From Polyangiales bacterium (GTDB lineage: Bacteria > Myxococcota_A > Polyangia > Polyangiales > Polyangiaceae): a stretch of DNA of 64,000 bases. Each line of letters begins with the position of its first letter. Position 1 is the first letter of the stretch. A model generated the notes under the pieces. The model saw nothing but the letters and a program-made list of their open reading frames with translations. It searched no databases and was not told where the DNA came from. The stretch covers positions 1 through 64,000 of the forward strand of contig JBBRNJ010000001.1 in the NCBI GenBank assembly GCA_038230375.1, written 5' to 3'. Positions 34,094-43,052 of this stretch are shown here, one piece after another. The translations under genes were made by a program, and so were the position numbers.

Positions 34094-34999
34094 ATGCTCG
34101 AACACCTGGACGAGCTGCGCATCGCCGACGTCGCCACCTTCCTCGCGGTCTCGCGCTCGGGCTCCGTGACGATGGCGGCGCGTCAGCTGGATGTCACGCC
34201 GTCGCAGGTGAGCAAGGCCGTCGCTCGGCTGGAGGGCTACCTGAAGGTGCGGCTGATCGAGCGCAGCGGGCGAGGCATCATCCTCACGGACGCGGCGAAG
34301 CACGTGAACACGGACCTGGAGGAGCTGGTACGACGCGCAGAGGAGCTCCCCAAGCCGCGGCAGGGCAAGACGCGCGTCACCATCGCGGGTCCTTCGTACC
34401 TCGCGGTGGAGTTCATCCCACAGCTCGCGAACGCGCTCGCGCCCACGCACTTCCGCGTGCTCGAGGCTGGGCCCGCCACCATCCGCGCGTATGCGGAAGA
34501 AGGCGCCATCGACATGGCGCTGACGCTCTCGGCGGAGAAGCTGCCGCGCGCGTGGGTGTCCACGAAGGTCGGTCCCGTGAAGGTCGCGCTCTTCGCGCCG
34601 CCGGCGCTCGCGGAGGAGCTGGGCAAGAAGCCGACACTCGAGCGCCTGCGCGAGGTCCCCTTCGTGGTGCCCGTCCAGTTCTCGAACGGACAGGTCCTGC
34701 CGGGCGAGGACGGCTTTGCTCTCACGCGCGGTGATCGCACGCAGGGGCACGAGGCGGCGACGATCGGCCTGGCCCTGGAGCTGGCTGCAACGTGTCACCA
34801 GCTCACGTACGGGCCGGAGCTGGCCGCGCGCAGGCTGCTCGCTCAGGGGCGCCTGGTGGAGGTGAAGGCGCCGGGCGTGACGAACCACGTCGACCTGTAC
34901 CTGCACGCGAACTCGGAGCGGGTCCTTGCGCGTGTGCACAGGGACGCGCTGCGTGTCATGGCCGACGTGCTGAAGGGCCACCCGAGCGAAGTAGATTGA
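34094..34999 (+). CDS. LysR family transcriptional regulator
   Basis: GSVTMAARQLDVTPSQVSKAVARLE HTH. Divergent from the carbonic anhydrase gene. Confidence 0.9.
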   Translation: MLEHLDELRIADVATFLAVSRSGSVTMAARQLDVTPSQVSKAVARLEGYLKVRLIERSGRGIILTDAAKHVNTDLEELVRRAEELPKPRQGKTRVTIAGPSYLAVEFIPQLANALAPTHFRVLEAGPATIRAYAEEGAIDMALTLSAEKLPRAWVSTKVGPVKVALFAPPALAEELGKKPTLERLREVPFVVPVQFSNGQVLPGEDGFALTRGDRTQGHEAATIGLALELAATCHQLTYGPELAARRLLAQGRLVEVKAPGVTNHVDLYLHANSERVLARVHRDALRVMADVLKGHPSEVD

Positions 35000-35915
35000 C
35001 GGCCACGAACGCGAGCCCCTGCGCGTTGAGCTCGATGTCGAGCTTCAGCAGCTCGTAGGCCGCATGGTCGAAGCCCAGGTTGCGCGCCTTCGCGTCGGAC
35101 TCGATCGCCGCACGCCAAGCGGTGGTCAGACGCGCGGTGCCCTCCGTGTCCGTCTCTGTCGTCGCGGCCACGTCGGCGACCCACTCATCGGCCCTGCTGA
35201 TCCACGTGTGCAGCTGACGGCCGATCTCGGCCACGTCCTGGAACGCCCCGAAGTGCGTGAGGCACGCGAACCGACGGTTGAGCGAGAGCACCTTGTCGAT
35301 GCCCTTGTGCGCCTCCGGGCCGTCGAAGTTCGTGGGGCTGGTGGACGGGAGCGCAAAACGGCCGTTCTTCTGGAGCGCCGGATAGACCAGGCCGAAGGTG
35401 TCGCCCGTGTAGACAGTGTCCACCGCGGGATCATCCACGATGAAGTGATGATTCGCGTGACCCTTCGTGTGAAAGACGGAGAGCTTTGCATCGCCGAGTT
35501 CGAAGGAGTCTCCGTCCTCGAGCGCGCGCACGCGCTCCTTCGGGATGGGCTTGATCACGCCGTAGAGCTTCTTGAAGCGTTCCTCGCCGTAGACCGCGGT
35601 CGCGCTGGCGACGAGCTTCGACGGATCGATCAGGTGCTTCGCCGCGCGCGGATGCGCAAGCAGCGTCGCGTTCGGACAGGCAAGAAGCAGCTCGCCCGCA
35701 CCGGCCGCGTGGTCCAGGTGCGCGTGCGTGACCACCACGTACCGCACCGCCTCGCGCGCGAGCCCCTGAGCCTCGAGCGCCGCGAGCAGCCGAGGCACGG
35801 CGTGCGACGTGTGCGCCTCGATGAACGCGCACTCATCACCCGCGACGCGGAGGTAGGCCGCCGTGAACTCCGGAAGGATGTCGCAGTCGACGGTATGGCG
35901 CGCATGCTTCGTCAT
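34956..35915 (-). CDS. MBL-fold metallo-hydrolase
   Basis: THAHLDHAAG, TKGHANHH, TGDTFG and LTHFG motifs. Confidence 0.92.
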   Translation of the reverse strand: MTKHARHTVDCDILPEFTAAYLRVAGDECAFIEAHTSHAVPRLLAALEAQGLAREAVRYVVVTHAHLDHAAGAGELLLACPNATLLAHPRAAKHLIDPSKLVASATAVYGEERFKKLYGVIKPIPKERVRALEDGDSFELGDAKLSVFHTKGHANHHFIVDDPAVDTVYTGDTFGLVYPALQKNGRFALPSTSPTNFDGPEAHKGIDKVLSLNRRFACLTHFGAFQDVAEIGRQLHTWISRADEWVADVAATTETDTEGTARLTTAWRAAIESDAKARNLGFDHAAYELLKLDIELNAQGLAFVAVNLLRSGGPSARRP

Positions 35916-35989
35916 GAGCCAATCGATACCACAGCGCGGGCCCCACCCCTTGGGGGGACCGGCCGCAAGAGCTCAGGGACTGTTGAGCG

Positions 35990-36991
35990 CTACGTCAACG
36001 ACGCCAGTTGTTTCTTCGTGAGCGAGCTCGAGACGAGCGCCTTCGCGGGTCGATCGCGATCGAAGGCGTAGACCACGAACTCCTCCGCGACGTTGCCGAA
36101 CGAGGCGTGTGGTAGCTCGTTGAGCTGCCTCGCAACGCCGACGAGGAGCGCGCTCACCTGTGCCCCCGCACGCGCATCGAGGTGGGCGTTCATGGTCTTG
36201 CATACCTTGTCCAGCGCGGCATCGGCGATCACCGGCGCCCCGAACCCGTCCCACGCGAGGCAGTTCCAGAGGGTCGCGGCACCCCGCTTGGCCGCATCGC
36301 GTTCAGCGACGGTCGCGATCGCGAGCTCCGGTGGAAGTGCGGGCTGACTGCGATCGAACACGAGCGCACAGCACCAGACGGGAGACTTCGTGCGCATGGC
36401 GGCCCTACGCACGGCGGCCGGAATCGTGGCGACCAGCCGCTGTCCGGCTTTCGTGAGAAGCGAGCCCAGGTCTGCAGAGCGTGAGGAAGCGTGGTTCTCG
36501 GCTGCTCTCGGACGATGCGCCTCTTCGCGTCCGCCCGGCGGCTTGACGAAGATCGTTGTGAGCACATCGCCTTGATACACGTAGCGGCTCACCACCGTGC
36601 CGCCCGCGTACCGATGCGTGTACGTGGTTGGCCGTCCGCCCTTCGTGCGGAGGACGCCGATCCGCGATGCGACCTTGAACTTCGGGTCGTAGTCATACGT
36701 GACCGCGGTTGCCTTGTTCTTGTCCCAGACGATGAACGTCTCGTACGCACATCCTCGTTTGCCGACGTGCTGGCGAATGATTCGAAGACGCCTCTCGGCA
36801 TCGAATCCGAAGTCGTGGGTGTCACGCCGCGTGCTCGGTGCGGAGAGGCGTTTGATCGCGGGCCGTCGTCCGCTGTCCACCTGTGGCGTCAGACTGTGCA
36901 GGAGCCCGGTCGCGTACTCCCAGGTCGTGACGGACGCTTCGGCCGCGGCCTTGCGTGAAGCGTACTCGGCGGTGAGCACTTTCCAGCTCAT
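35990..36991 (-). CDS. Hypothetical two-domain protein
   Basis: 333-aa ORF that fills the gap. Beta-rich N-terminal half and helical C-terminal half. No family recognised with confidence. Confidence 0.6.
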   Translation of the reverse strand: MSWKVLTAEYASRKAAAEASVTTWEYATGLLHSLTPQVDSGRRPAIKRLSAPSTRRDTHDFGFDAERRLRIIRQHVGKRGCAYETFIVWDKNKATAVTYDYDPKFKVASRIGVLRTKGGRPTTYTHRYAGGTVVSRYVYQGDVLTTIFVKPPGGREEAHRPRAAENHASSRSADLGSLLTKAGQRLVATIPAAVRRAAMRTKSPVWCCALVFDRSQPALPPELAIATVAERDAAKRGAATLWNCLAWDGFGAPVIADAALDKVCKTMNAHLDARAGAQVSALLVGVARQLNELPHASFGNVAEEFVVYAFDRDRPAKALVSSSLTKKQLASLT

Positions 36992-37035
36992 TCTCGGCCC
37001 TCCGTGGAGCGGACGTTCATGTCGTCCACTATCTC

Positions 37036-37272
37036 ATGAGCCAACGCCGGACGCGCACGCAACGATGCTACCGCAAGGATGGAACCGTGAGCACGGCGCA
37101 CCCGCTTGGTGGCTGCGCGAACCTGTTCGTGATCGACGGCGGTGTGATCCCGTCCGCGCTGGGCGTGAACCCACCGCTCACCATCGCTGCGGTCGCAGAG
37201 CGCATCGCAGACGTGGTCATTCGTGGAGTCGGCACGGCGTCGATCGCCACCAGGCTTGCCGCCATCACCTGA
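37036..37272 (+). pseudogene. C-terminal fragment of a GMC (cholesterol-oxidase-like) oxidoreductase
   Basis: TAHPLGGC is joined almost directly to NLFVIDGGVIPSALGVNPPLTIAAVAER. No FAD-binding N-terminus is present. Confidence 0.8.
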
Positions 37273-38215
37273 TGCGGGCTCGAGGTCGTCGCGCGGGTTT
37301 GTCCCCGCCTCTGAGGTGGACGGCGCGCACCACGAGCCCGCGAACGAAGCGCGATGGCCCGTCCTCGTCCTTCACCTTGGACCACAGCAGCTCCATGGGC
37401 GTGCTGGGTAGTGGGACCGGCAGCGGGCGCGTGCGCAGGTGCGGGTGGGTCCTCTGCATGTGCTCCGCGATCAGCATCGGCACGGTTGCGAGGAGCGCCG
37501 TGCCCTCCACGAGATCAGCGACGTAGGCAAAGCTGGAGACGGAGACCCGCACCTTGCGCGGCTTGCCAAGCGCGTCCTCCACGACACCACGAGCATCGCC
37601 CGCATACGAGACCACGACGTGCTCGTGTGCGAAGTAGTCACGCTCGCGCAGCGTCTTCGGCAGCCTGGCGAACCGTGGATCGTACAAGCACACGAAGCCG
37701 GCGGAGAGCAGCGTCTTGCGAAGGATCGAGGGGCGCAGGTCGTCCGCAACAGTCACCGCCAGATCAACCCTGGCCGACAGCAGCGATTCCTCCACGCTGC
37801 GGAACTGGACTGGCAACACGATGAGCTGCATCGCGCTCGCCTCGGCGCGGAGCAGCGCGAGCAGCGGAGGCAGCAGCCACCCTTCCGTGGCGTCGGACAG
37901 GCCGATGCGCACCGCGGCGGAGGATGTCCTGGGGTCGAACGTGGGCTCGTGCGTCACCGCGGAGAGGAGCGGCGCGAGGTGGGTCCGCGCCACCGCGACC
38001 AGGTCACTCCCACGCGCGGACAGCACCAACCCCCTGCCCTGCCGCACGAACAGCGGCGCGCCGACGAACGACGTCAGCCTGCGCAACGCAGCGCTCACCG
38101 CGGGCTGGGTCAGGTAGAGCGACTTCGCCGCGTTCGTCACGCTTCCTGCGTCAGCGACCGCACAGAGGACGCGCAGCAGGTTCAGGTCGAAGTCTCTTCC
38201 ATACACACGGTTCAT
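37265..38215 (-). CDS. LysR family transcriptional regulator
   Basis: DFDLNLLRV...SVTNAAKSLYLTQPAVSAALRRL HTH. Confidence 0.95.
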   Translation of the reverse strand: MNRVYGRDFDLNLLRVLCAVADAGSVTNAAKSLYLTQPAVSAALRRLTSFVGAPLFVRQGRGLVLSARGSDLVAVARTHLAPLLSAVTHEPTFDPRTSSAAVRIGLSDATEGWLLPPLLALLRAEASAMQLIVLPVQFRSVEESLLSARVDLAVTVADDLRPSILRKTLLSAGFVCLYDPRFARLPKTLRERDYFAHEHVVVSYAGDARGVVEDALGKPRKVRVSVSSFAYVADLVEGTALLATVPMLIAEHMQRTHPHLRTRPLPVPLPSTPMELLWSKVKDEDGPSRFVRGLVVRAVHLRGGDKPARRPRARIR

Positions 38216-38231
38216 GTTTCACATATATCCT

Positions 38232-38246
38232 ATTCACTGGTGTGAT
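38232..38246. promoter_or_regulatory. Candidate LysR T-N11-A box
   Basis: ATTCACTGGTGTGAT (TCAC-N4-GTGA dyad) in the AT-rich gap between the divergent LysR and AKR genes. Confidence 0.45.
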
Positions 38247-38291
38247 GCGTCTCCTGGTCGTAGGTTCTCCTCACCAACCAAGGAGCACGTC

Positions 38292-39287
38292 ATGACTGAC
38301 TCGAACGTTCGCAAGGTGTCACTCGGGAAGACTGGTCCATCTGTGTTCCCGCTTGCACTCGGCTGCATGGGCATGTCCGGCATGTATGGTGAATCGTCGG
38401 ACGACGAGAGCATCGCCACCATCCGCGCCGCCATCGAGCGTGGCGTCACGCTGCTGGACACGGGCGACTTCTACGGAATGGGCCACAACGAGATGCTCAT
38501 CGGTCGCGCGATCGCCGGGCTGCGCGACAAGGTGCAGCTGTCGGTGAAGTTCGGAGCGCTCCGCGCACCTGACGGCGCATGGGTCGGCGCCGACACGCGG
38601 CCCGCAGCCGTGTCCAACTTCTGCGCCTACAGCTTGAAGCGCCTTGGCGTGGAGGCGATCGACATCTACCGCCCCGCGCGGCTCGATCCCGCGGTGCCCA
38701 TCGAGGACACCATCGGCGCCATTGCCGACCTTGTGAAGAAGGGGTACGTGAAGCATATCGGCCTGTCGGAGGTCGGCCCCGAGACCATCCGGCGCGCGGC
38801 CAAGGTGCACCCCATCGTCGACCTGCAGATCGAGTACGCGATCGCCACGCGCAACCCGGAGACGAAGATCTTCCCGGTGCTCCACGAGCTGGGCATCAGC
38901 GCCACCCTGTACGGCGTGCTCTCACGCGGGCTGCTATCCGGCAGCAAGCCCACCGGCAAGACGGACTTCCGCAACCACCTGCCGCGCTTCAGCGGCGACC
39001 ACAAGGACGGGAACGAGCAGATCGTCGCGAGGCTCGCCGACTTCGCGAAGGCGCGGGGACAGACGGCCGCGCAGCTGTGCATCGCGTGGGTGCTCGCCAA
39101 GGAGCCCACGTTCATTCCCACGGTGGGCGCCCGCACGCGCACGCAGCTGCACGACACGCTGGCCGCGCTGGACAAGCCGCTCAGCGCAAGCGAGCTCGGA
39201 GAGCTGGAGAAGATCTTCCCACGTGACGCGGTGAAGGGTGATCGCTACCACCCGATGCAGATGGCGCACCTGGACAGCGAGAAGTAG
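38292..39287 (+). CDS. Aldo/keto reductase
   Basis: LGCMGMS, LDTGDFYG, SLKRLG, IGLSE and LQIEY motifs. AAGGAG RBS before ATG 38292. Confidence 0.95.
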   Translation: MTDSNVRKVSLGKTGPSVFPLALGCMGMSGMYGESSDDESIATIRAAIERGVTLLDTGDFYGMGHNEMLIGRAIAGLRDKVQLSVKFGALRAPDGAWVGADTRPAAVSNFCAYSLKRLGVEAIDIYRPARLDPAVPIEDTIGAIADLVKKGYVKHIGLSEVGPETIRRAAKVHPIVDLQIEYAIATRNPETKIFPVLHELGISATLYGVLSRGLLSGSKPTGKTDFRNHLPRFSGDHKDGNEQIVARLADFAKARGQTAAQLCIAWVLAKEPTFIPTVGARTRTQLHDTLAALDKPLSASELGELEKIFPRDAVKGDRYHPMQMAHLDSEK

Positions 39288-39307
39288 ACCCGGATCTCGG
39301 CCGCGAC

Positions 39308-40024
39308 CTAGTCCTTCATCGTGAACGGAGAGAAGTTCGTGTCGCGGTCGAAGTAGTCCTCGTGCTCCTTGCGCTTGAGGAAGCCCACGATCGCATACGT
39401 CGCCGGAGTGCCCAGGATCTCCCAGAGCACCTTGAAGACGTAGTTGGCGATGATGACCGCGAAGAGCTGGCTGTTCGTCCACAGGCCGAAGAACGCGAGC
39501 GGGTAGAAGACCGCCGTGTCCACGGCCTGACCCACGATCGTGGAGCAGATGAAGCGCAACCAGAGCCGCTTGCCGCCGCTCTGGACCTTCATCTTCGCGA
39601 GCGTGTAGGAGTTCGTGAACTCGCCCGCCCAGAAGCCGCAGATCGACGCGAGCGCGATGCGCCACGTGCCACCGAACACGCGCTCGATCGCGGCCTGGGT
39701 CTCCAGCTGACCAGGGTCCGACAGGCCGGGGATGCGGATGACGACCTGGCTCATGATCGACGCGAAGATCAGCGCTGCGAACCCGACCCAGATGACCCGA
39801 CGGCTACGGGAGTAGCCGTACACCTCCGTCAGGATGTCGCCGAAGATGTAGCTGATGGGGAAGAAGATGTTACCGGCGCCGAACGTGATCCCGCCCACCG
39901 TGCAGAGCTTCGCGGGGCCGATCAGGTTGGAGCAGAGGAGCACCGTGACGAACGCCGCCATCACAAGGTCGTAGTACTTGTAGTTCGGCCGCAGGTGCGG
40001 TGCCGCGTTCGACGTCGAGCTCAC
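39308..40024 (-). CDS. yhhQ: Queuosine precursor transporter (YhhQ/VUT family)
   Basis: FPISYIFGDILTEVYG, RIALAS, LWLRFICSTIVGQAVDT motifs. Confidence 0.9.
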   Translation of the reverse strand: MSSTSNAAPHLRPNYKYYDLVMAAFVTVLLCSNLIGPAKLCTVGGITFGAGNIFFPISYIFGDILTEVYGYSRSRRVIWVGFAALIFASIMSQVVIRIPGLSDPGQLETQAAIERVFGGTWRIALASICGFWAGEFTNSYTLAKMKVQSGGKRLWLRFICSTIVGQAVDTAVFYPLAFFGLWTNSQLFAVIIANYVFKVLWEILGTPATYAIVGFLKRKEHEDYFDRDTNFSPFTMKD

Positions 40025-40045
40025 GCGTGAACTTTACCCCAGGTC

Positions 40046-41014
40046 TCAGCGGCTGGCGTAGGCGATGTACGTGACGACCAGGAACGTGAGCTCTGCGGCG
40101 AGCGCGTACGACGTGATGCTGAGCCGGAAGATCCGCGAGGCGGAGTCCGAACGCCCGCGCAGCCTTGGCGTGAGGAAGATGCGGGTGACAACGTATGCGA
40201 GCACGCCAGCTGCGAGCCCGGACACGATGGCCACGATCGCTGGCGAGCCGCAACCATCCTTCAAGTTGGAGCCCTCTCCGTCTGCGGACGGCTCCGTGCA
40301 GTCGAACCCAGACGCGATGGCAAAGAAGAGCGGAATGGCGGCGACGCCAAGGACACCGGCGAAGACGGTGCCAACCCCGGTGAGGCACCCGAACGGCGCA
40401 GGCGCAGGCAGGTCACCACCGCCGCGGACCACTGGGAGGGACCTGGCAAGCCGCGTGAACGCGTCGAGCATCAGCTGCGCGCGATCGGGCTTCTCCTTCG
40501 CAACGGCGAACTCGGACAGGTACGCCTCGACATTCCCCTGGACGTCGTCGATCGAGATCCGGCGCAGGCCCAGGTCGAAGAGGCTTCCGACCGCGCGGCG
40601 CGCCTCCTGGTTCAGGATGGCCTGAAGGACCTCGTGGTCGGTGGTGGGCGAGTCCACGTAGACGGTCGCGTCGAAGAGCTCGTCGCCCGTCTGCTGCTCC
40701 ACGTTGATGCCGGATGCCTTGGCGTCCTTGTCGGCGTACGCCTCGGGGCGCAGCACGATCCTCATGGGGCGCGCCGCGACAAGCGCACGCGGCACGGCAG
40801 TCTGCCTGTAGTTGCCGCCCTCGCGCGCGTCCGCGTGCTCGCGCTTCGCAACGGCGTCGTAACGGGTGGAGAGCGAGAGCGAAGAGCTGGAGCCGCCGGA
40901 GTAGCTCACACCCACGACCACGTCGGCGTGCGTGATGGTGAAACGGTCCTCCTTCGTGTCGCCGGCCTTCTGGCGAAGAGCGCGAACGAGGTCGCTCTCC
41001 GGACTGTCGCTCAT
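40046..41014 (-). CDS. Hypothetical membrane protein
   Basis: Start overlaps the upstream stop (ATGA). QTGDELFDATVYV motif and three C-terminal TM helices. Confidence 0.7.
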   Translation of the reverse strand: MSDSPESDLVRALRQKAGDTKEDRFTITHADVVVGVSYSGGSSSSLSLSTRYDAVAKREHADAREGGNYRQTAVPRALVAARPMRIVLRPEAYADKDAKASGINVEQQTGDELFDATVYVDSPTTDHEVLQAILNQEARRAVGSLFDLGLRRISIDDVQGNVEAYLSEFAVAKEKPDRAQLMLDAFTRLARSLPVVRGGGDLPAPAPFGCLTGVGTVFAGVLGVAAIPLFFAIASGFDCTEPSADGEGSNLKDGCGSPAIVAIVSGLAAGVLAYVVTRIFLTPRLRGRSDSASRIFRLSITSYALAAELTFLVVTYIAYASR

Positions 41015-41550
41015 GTGACGAGGCCGAACGGAAGGTGCACGGTCTCGTTGTACGACACGACACGCATGCCGTGCTCGCGCACGTAGATCTTCGTGATGCC
41101 GCAATGGTTGGAGACGAACCGCGCCCATCCGGATGCGGGGAGAGAGAGCGCGCGCGTGAGCAGGTAACGGATCAAGTTGCCGTGACAGACAAGGAGCTCC
41201 GTGCGCTCTTTCTTGCTCGGCTGGAAGAACTTGTCGAAGGCGCGGTCCATGCGATCGCGGTCGCTCTTGACCTGCTTCGCGCTGGAAGGAATGGAGGGAA
41301 CGCGGGTGGGCATGCCCTCGACGAGGAGCTTCGAGCGCGTGAAGTCGACCTTGAGCTCCGTGGCGGCCACGTCGGCGGTCTCCTGCGCGCGGAGCATGGT
41401 GCTGCAGTACGCGGCATCGAGCGAGACGCCTTTGAGGGCGCGCGCGGAGATACGCGCTTGCTCGCGCCCACGGGCCGTGAGGCTCGGGGTGCCAAGCGGC
41501 GAGGTGTCGTACTCGCCGTGGCGCAGCAGGATCACGAGCTTCTTCGCCAT
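41011..41550 (-). CDS. Histidine phosphatase (phosphoglycerate mutase superfamily)
   Basis: LLRHGEY, STMLRAQETA and VCHGNLIR motifs. Confidence 0.92.
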   Translation of the reverse strand: MAKKLVILLRHGEYDTSPLGTPSLTARGREQARISARALKGVSLDAAYCSTMLRAQETADVAATELKVDFTRSKLLVEGMPTRVPSIPSSAKQVKSDRDRMDRAFDKFFQPSKKERTELLVCHGNLIRYLLTRALSLPASGWARFVSNHCGITKIYVREHGMRVVSYNETVHLPFGLVT

Positions 41551-41696
41551 GCGGCGCGGCAACCTAGTTGCAAACGCAAGGCATTGAAACCGCTATTTTG
41601 GGCCTCGCGCCCCAGGACCTCCACGATCCGCCCATGCGCAGGACTTCATGAATGAGCCCCATGCCTTGGCGGACGCTCTGGATGTCCTTCCGCGCG

Positions 41697-42134
41697 TCAA
41701 TCGGAAAGGCACGCGGACTTGTAGTGCTTCGTACCGTCGTCATCGAAGCTGAAAGGCACGGCGCAGGGCTCATCCACAGCATCCATGCAAGCGGCGATGT
41801 AGTGGTGTCGGCCCGCCGAGTCGAACGTGTACGGCACCGTGCAGTCCGGGATCATGGCGTCACCCGAGTCCCCACCAGCCGAGAGACACTCCAGCACGTA
41901 CCGCTTGATGCCATCCCCGCTGTAGAAAAAAGGAGCGAAACAAACGGCGCCCCCGTCGAGAGAGGAGGAGGCGAAGGGAGAGGGGGAGGCCGAGGTTGAG
42001 GCGGAGGTTGAGGTTGAGGGCGAGGGCCGGGCGGAGGTTGAGGGCGAGGGCTGGGCGGAGGTTGGAGGAGGAAGCGGAGGCAGCAGGCGCGGAGGCAGCA
42101 GCGGAGAAGCCGCAAGCGTCACGACAATGCGCAT
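41697..42134 (-). CDS. Small protein with a Pro/Ser linker and three 19-aa Cys-bracketed repeats
   Basis: CFAPFFYSGDGIKRYVLEC, CTVPYTFDSAGRHHYIAAC and CAVPFSFDDDGTKHYKSAC. The start is uncertain. Confidence 0.6.
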   Translation of the reverse strand: MRIVVTLAASPLLPPRLLPPLPPPTSAQPSPSTSARPSPSTSTSASTSASPSPFASSSLDGGAVCFAPFFYSGDGIKRYVLECLSAGGDSGDAMIPDCTVPYTFDSAGRHHYIAACMDAVDEPCAVPFSFDDDGTKHYKSACLSD

Positions 42135-42205
42135 GATCTCGAACGCACTCACAGGGATGAAGTGTAGCCCCGAATCCAATCAGAAACGAGCCCACCGAAC
42201 GACGA

Positions 42206-42282
42206 ACGCGACGACGACTTCGACCCCGACGACGACGACGACTTCGACTTCGACCTCGACCTCGACCTCGACTTCGACCTTG
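42206..42282. repeat. Intergenic (ACG)n and (ACYTCG)n tract
   Basis: ACTTCG/ACCTCG x6 at 42241-42276, preceded by ACG runs. Confidence 0.9.
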
Positions 42283-42290
42283 ACGGACCA

Positions 42291-42312
42291 CTATTGGCAA
42301 GTTTGCCAATAG
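42291..42312. promoter_or_regulatory. Perfect AT-rich palindrome CTATTGGCAA-GT-TTGCCAATAG
   Basis: 10-bp arms with a 2-nt spacer, in a divergent intergenic region. Confidence 0.55.
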
Positions 42313-42333
42313 AACCAGCGCATCGCAGCTCAC

Positions 42334-42366
42334 GTGAACGTGAACGTGAACGTGAACGTGAACGTG
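42334..42366. repeat. (GTGAAC)5 tandem repeat
   Basis: Five perfect copies plus GTG. Confidence 0.95.
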
Positions 42367-42470
42367 CCCGACCTTCCCATGGCCCTTCCCTTCTTCCCCT
42401 CCCTCCTCTTTTTCGTGAACCTTCCTGACCCCGCCGGTGTTCTTCTCTCGCCAGGCACCATTCCGCGGCC

Positions 42471-43052
42471 GTGGCGCGGGAGATTACCAGGGACGTGCGC
42501 TTGCCCCAGACGGACGAGGAGCTTCTGACTCGGGTGCGGGATGGCGACATCCGCGCGTTCGACACGCTCTATGCACGGTATGAGACGCGCCTCTTCTCTT
42601 ATCTGCGCGCGCTCCTCGCTGATCGGCGCGACGCGGAGGAGGTCTTCCACGACGCGTTCATGAAGTCGCTCGATGCCGAGCCCGGCATGTTCGTGACCGC
42701 TGGCTTTCGTCCATGGCTGTACAAGGTGGCGCGAAACATGGCGTTGAACCGGATGCGCGCGGCGCAACGGCTCGACAAGAACACCGAGGGCGCGGCGCTC
42801 ACGCAGGCGGCGGAGACCACGCAAGAGGATCTGGAAGAAGTGCTCGCGGCCGCGCAGGTGGGGCGTGCGCTGGACTTCGCCCTGGAGCGCCTGCCGCCAG
42901 CGCTGCTCGAGGTCTACCACCTGCGCGCGAGTGGGCTCTCGAACGAGCAGATCGCGGACCTCGTCGAGGTGCCGGTCGGCACCGTCAAGTCTCGATGTTT
43001 CAGGATGATCACCGTCCTTCGTAAGGAGATGAAGCCATGGATTGCGTCCTAA
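42471..43052 (+). CDS. ECF sigma-70 factor
   Basis: DEELL...GDIRAF...DAEEVFHDAF, FRPWLYKVARN and IADLVEVPVGTVKSR motifs. The start may be GTG 42495. Confidence 0.93.
   Translation: MAREITRDVRLPQTDEELLTRVRDGDIRAFDTLYARYETRLFSYLRALLADRRDAEEVFHDAFMKSLDAEPGMFVTAGFRPWLYKVARNMALNRMRAAQRLDKNTEGAALTQAAETTQEDLEEVLAAAQVGRALDFALERLPPALLEVYHLRASGLSNEQIADLVEVPVGTVKSRCFRMITVLRKEMKPWIAS

Noticed and set aside
35936..35966. GC-rich hairpin as an intrinsic terminator
   Set aside because: The stem is imperfect and there is no U-tract on either strand.
40025..40045. preQ1 riboswitch upstream of yhhQ
   Set aside because: Only 21 nt separate it from the upstream stop, and a -10 hexamer sits 6 nt before the start, so there is no room and no matching motif.
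42206..42366. Repeat tracts as a CRISPR array
   Set aside because: The units are 6-nt tandem repeats with no unique spacers, and no cas genes are present.
42127..42565. Short ORFs reading (TS)n, (NV)n or (SR)n
   Set aside because: They are translations of microsatellites with no independent coding evidence.
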